A stretch of 63,652 nucleotides of DNA, counting the filler, from Octopus bimaculoides (lineage: Eukaryota): the NCBI RefSeq assembly GCF_001194135.2. It is 9 parts of 9 records of this genome, joined end to end, with 100 filler letters (N's around TTAATTAATTAA, not from the genome) between each part and the next. Parts side by side here need not be neighbours in the genome. Positions count along the whole stretch, not along the records: positions 60,011 to 63,652 come from NC_068984.1; 8 more parts are not named here. One strand, written 5' to 3'. Shown here piece by piece: positions 62,230-63,652 of the stretch. Position 1 is the first letter of the stretch. Every line of letters starts with the position of its first letter. A program made the translations under genes and the position numbers. The notes below the pieces were generated by a model. That model did no database searches. It worked only from the letters and a program-made list of their open reading frames with translations, and was not told where the DNA came from.

Positions 62230-63300
62230 CCCAAAAGCAACGACAGCTCTGGCATTCAGAAACACCACGGCATCCCACGACCAGAGGATCTCCGTCCATA
62301 CGGCCAACTACCTTAACATGGCCAAGCGTTACTCATTTTGTAACTGACCAGGCTACACGGCAACGACTGAAGTGCAAGTAGTCCAGGGTGTCCTAATTGA
62401 GGGAGCTCTCAAGAGTTTGTAAGGTTTTATAATAATAGGGAGGGAGGTCACAGGATTTCACAGTTTTTGGGTGCCTGCCTTCTCATCCCGTAGTACGTGT
62501 AGCTAAAATCCACGTGTACCTTACGACTTATAGTAGACTCTATCATAATGAACTGCTCATCGGTAGCACTAATCCACACCCTGGGATTATCATCAATGAT
62601 GTCCCAGATCAACTGAACGAGCTCAGCTGTCGCGTGAGACCGAGGATTGGCGAATATATCTTTGTCTTTTGGCCACAGACGTAGGAGTGGCTGTGTGGTA
62701 AGTAGCTTGCTTACCAACCACATGGTTCCGGGTTCAGTCCCACTGCGTGGCACCTTGGGCAAGTGTCTTCTACTATAGCCTCGGGCCGACCAAAGCCTTG
62801 TGAGTGGATTTGGTAGACGGAAACTGAAAGAAGCCCGTCGTATATATGTATATATATATATGTATGTGTGTATATGTTGTGTATCTGTGTTTGTCCCCCC
62901 CCCCAACATTGCTTGACAACCGATGCTGGTGTGTTTAGGTCTTCGTGACTTAGCGGTTCGGCAAAAAGAGACCGATAGAATAAGTACTAGGCTTACAAAG
63001 AATAAGTCCTGGGGTCGATTTGATTCGACTAAAGGCGGTGCTCCAGCATGGCCGCAGTCAAATGACTGAAACAAGTAAAAGAATAAAAGAAAAAAGAAAG
63101 ACGACATGCCCTCACCATAAACCTCTAGCTTTTTCTTGATGTTGAACCACTTTCAACAAACTTGGCGTTCTGCAAGTGGCGGTAAGTGTCATGGTTATAG
63201 TATGTCTTTTAATTTCCTGTATCAGATCGGTAGCTGCCGCGCCGATGCTGTCAAAATATCTGGTAGGAACATGAGAAAGTTAAGATTTGGTGCATACCAT
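62230..63300 (-). mobile_element. Decayed Tc1/mariner-family transposase interrupted by a full-length SINE A
   Basis: EIKRHTI (N-terminus) and IIDDNPRVWI...RKVHVDFSYTYYGMRR resemble the Tc1-type HTH region. Confidence 0.5.
62679..63095 (+). mobile_element. Full-length tRNA-derived SINE family A
   Basis: Head GGAGTGGCTGTGTGGTAAG (A box) ... GGTTCAGTCCC (B box), central body, (TA)/(TG) linker and 3' tail ...gactgaaacaagtaaaaga. Confidence 0.92.
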
Positions 63301-63652
63301 GTAACAAAACTTTAACACATCTCTCATTTATGGTTGGTTAAATTTTGTCGACTTATAACAAACGTATCCGGTATATGTCTGTTGGACTGTGGGAGTAGTA
63401 TGTGTGGTGTATCTGTTTAAGCGCGCGCACGAACACACATACATACACACATATAAACATACGCACACACATACACATGCATGCATACCCACATGCACAC
63501 ACGTGCACACACATACACATACATACGCACACACACATACACACACACGCACGCACAAACGCATGCACACACAGACATACTCATACATACGCACACACAC
63601 ACGCCACGCATGCACGCGCCCACACACACACACATACACACACACACACACA

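Overview
AT-rich, microsatellite-dense, gapped eukaryotic scaffold. The SINE families and the TTAATTAATTAA-linked N gaps suggest an Octopus assembly, but this is an inference. Most of the window is transposon debris: tRNA-derived SINEs, Dong/R4-like, RTE and CR1 LINE pieces, a Gypsy 3' end, two further LTR-like segments, and mariner, Tc1, Merlin and hAT fragments. There is also a convergent tRNA-Gln(TTG)/tRNA-Asp(GTC) pair at about 19.7-20.3 kb. The main finding is missed by the ORF track. The apparent (GAT)n/(GAA)n low-complexity zone at 49.2-54.5 kb is a tandem array of duplicated intron-exon-intron units on the minus strand. Four units each carry a 72-nt phase-2/phase-2 exon with canonical splice sites, encoding one 24-aa leucine-rich repeat. 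A fifth unit has lost its exon, and a sixth is predicted inside an N gap. The splice flanks and the FANLY core are nearly invariant, while the predicted concave-face residues differ between cassettes. The cassettes also show mutually incompatible sharing patterns, consistent with a diversifying LRR receptor shuffled by conversion or recombination. Several long inverted repeats (possible dsRNA/ADAR substrates if transcribed) are also present.
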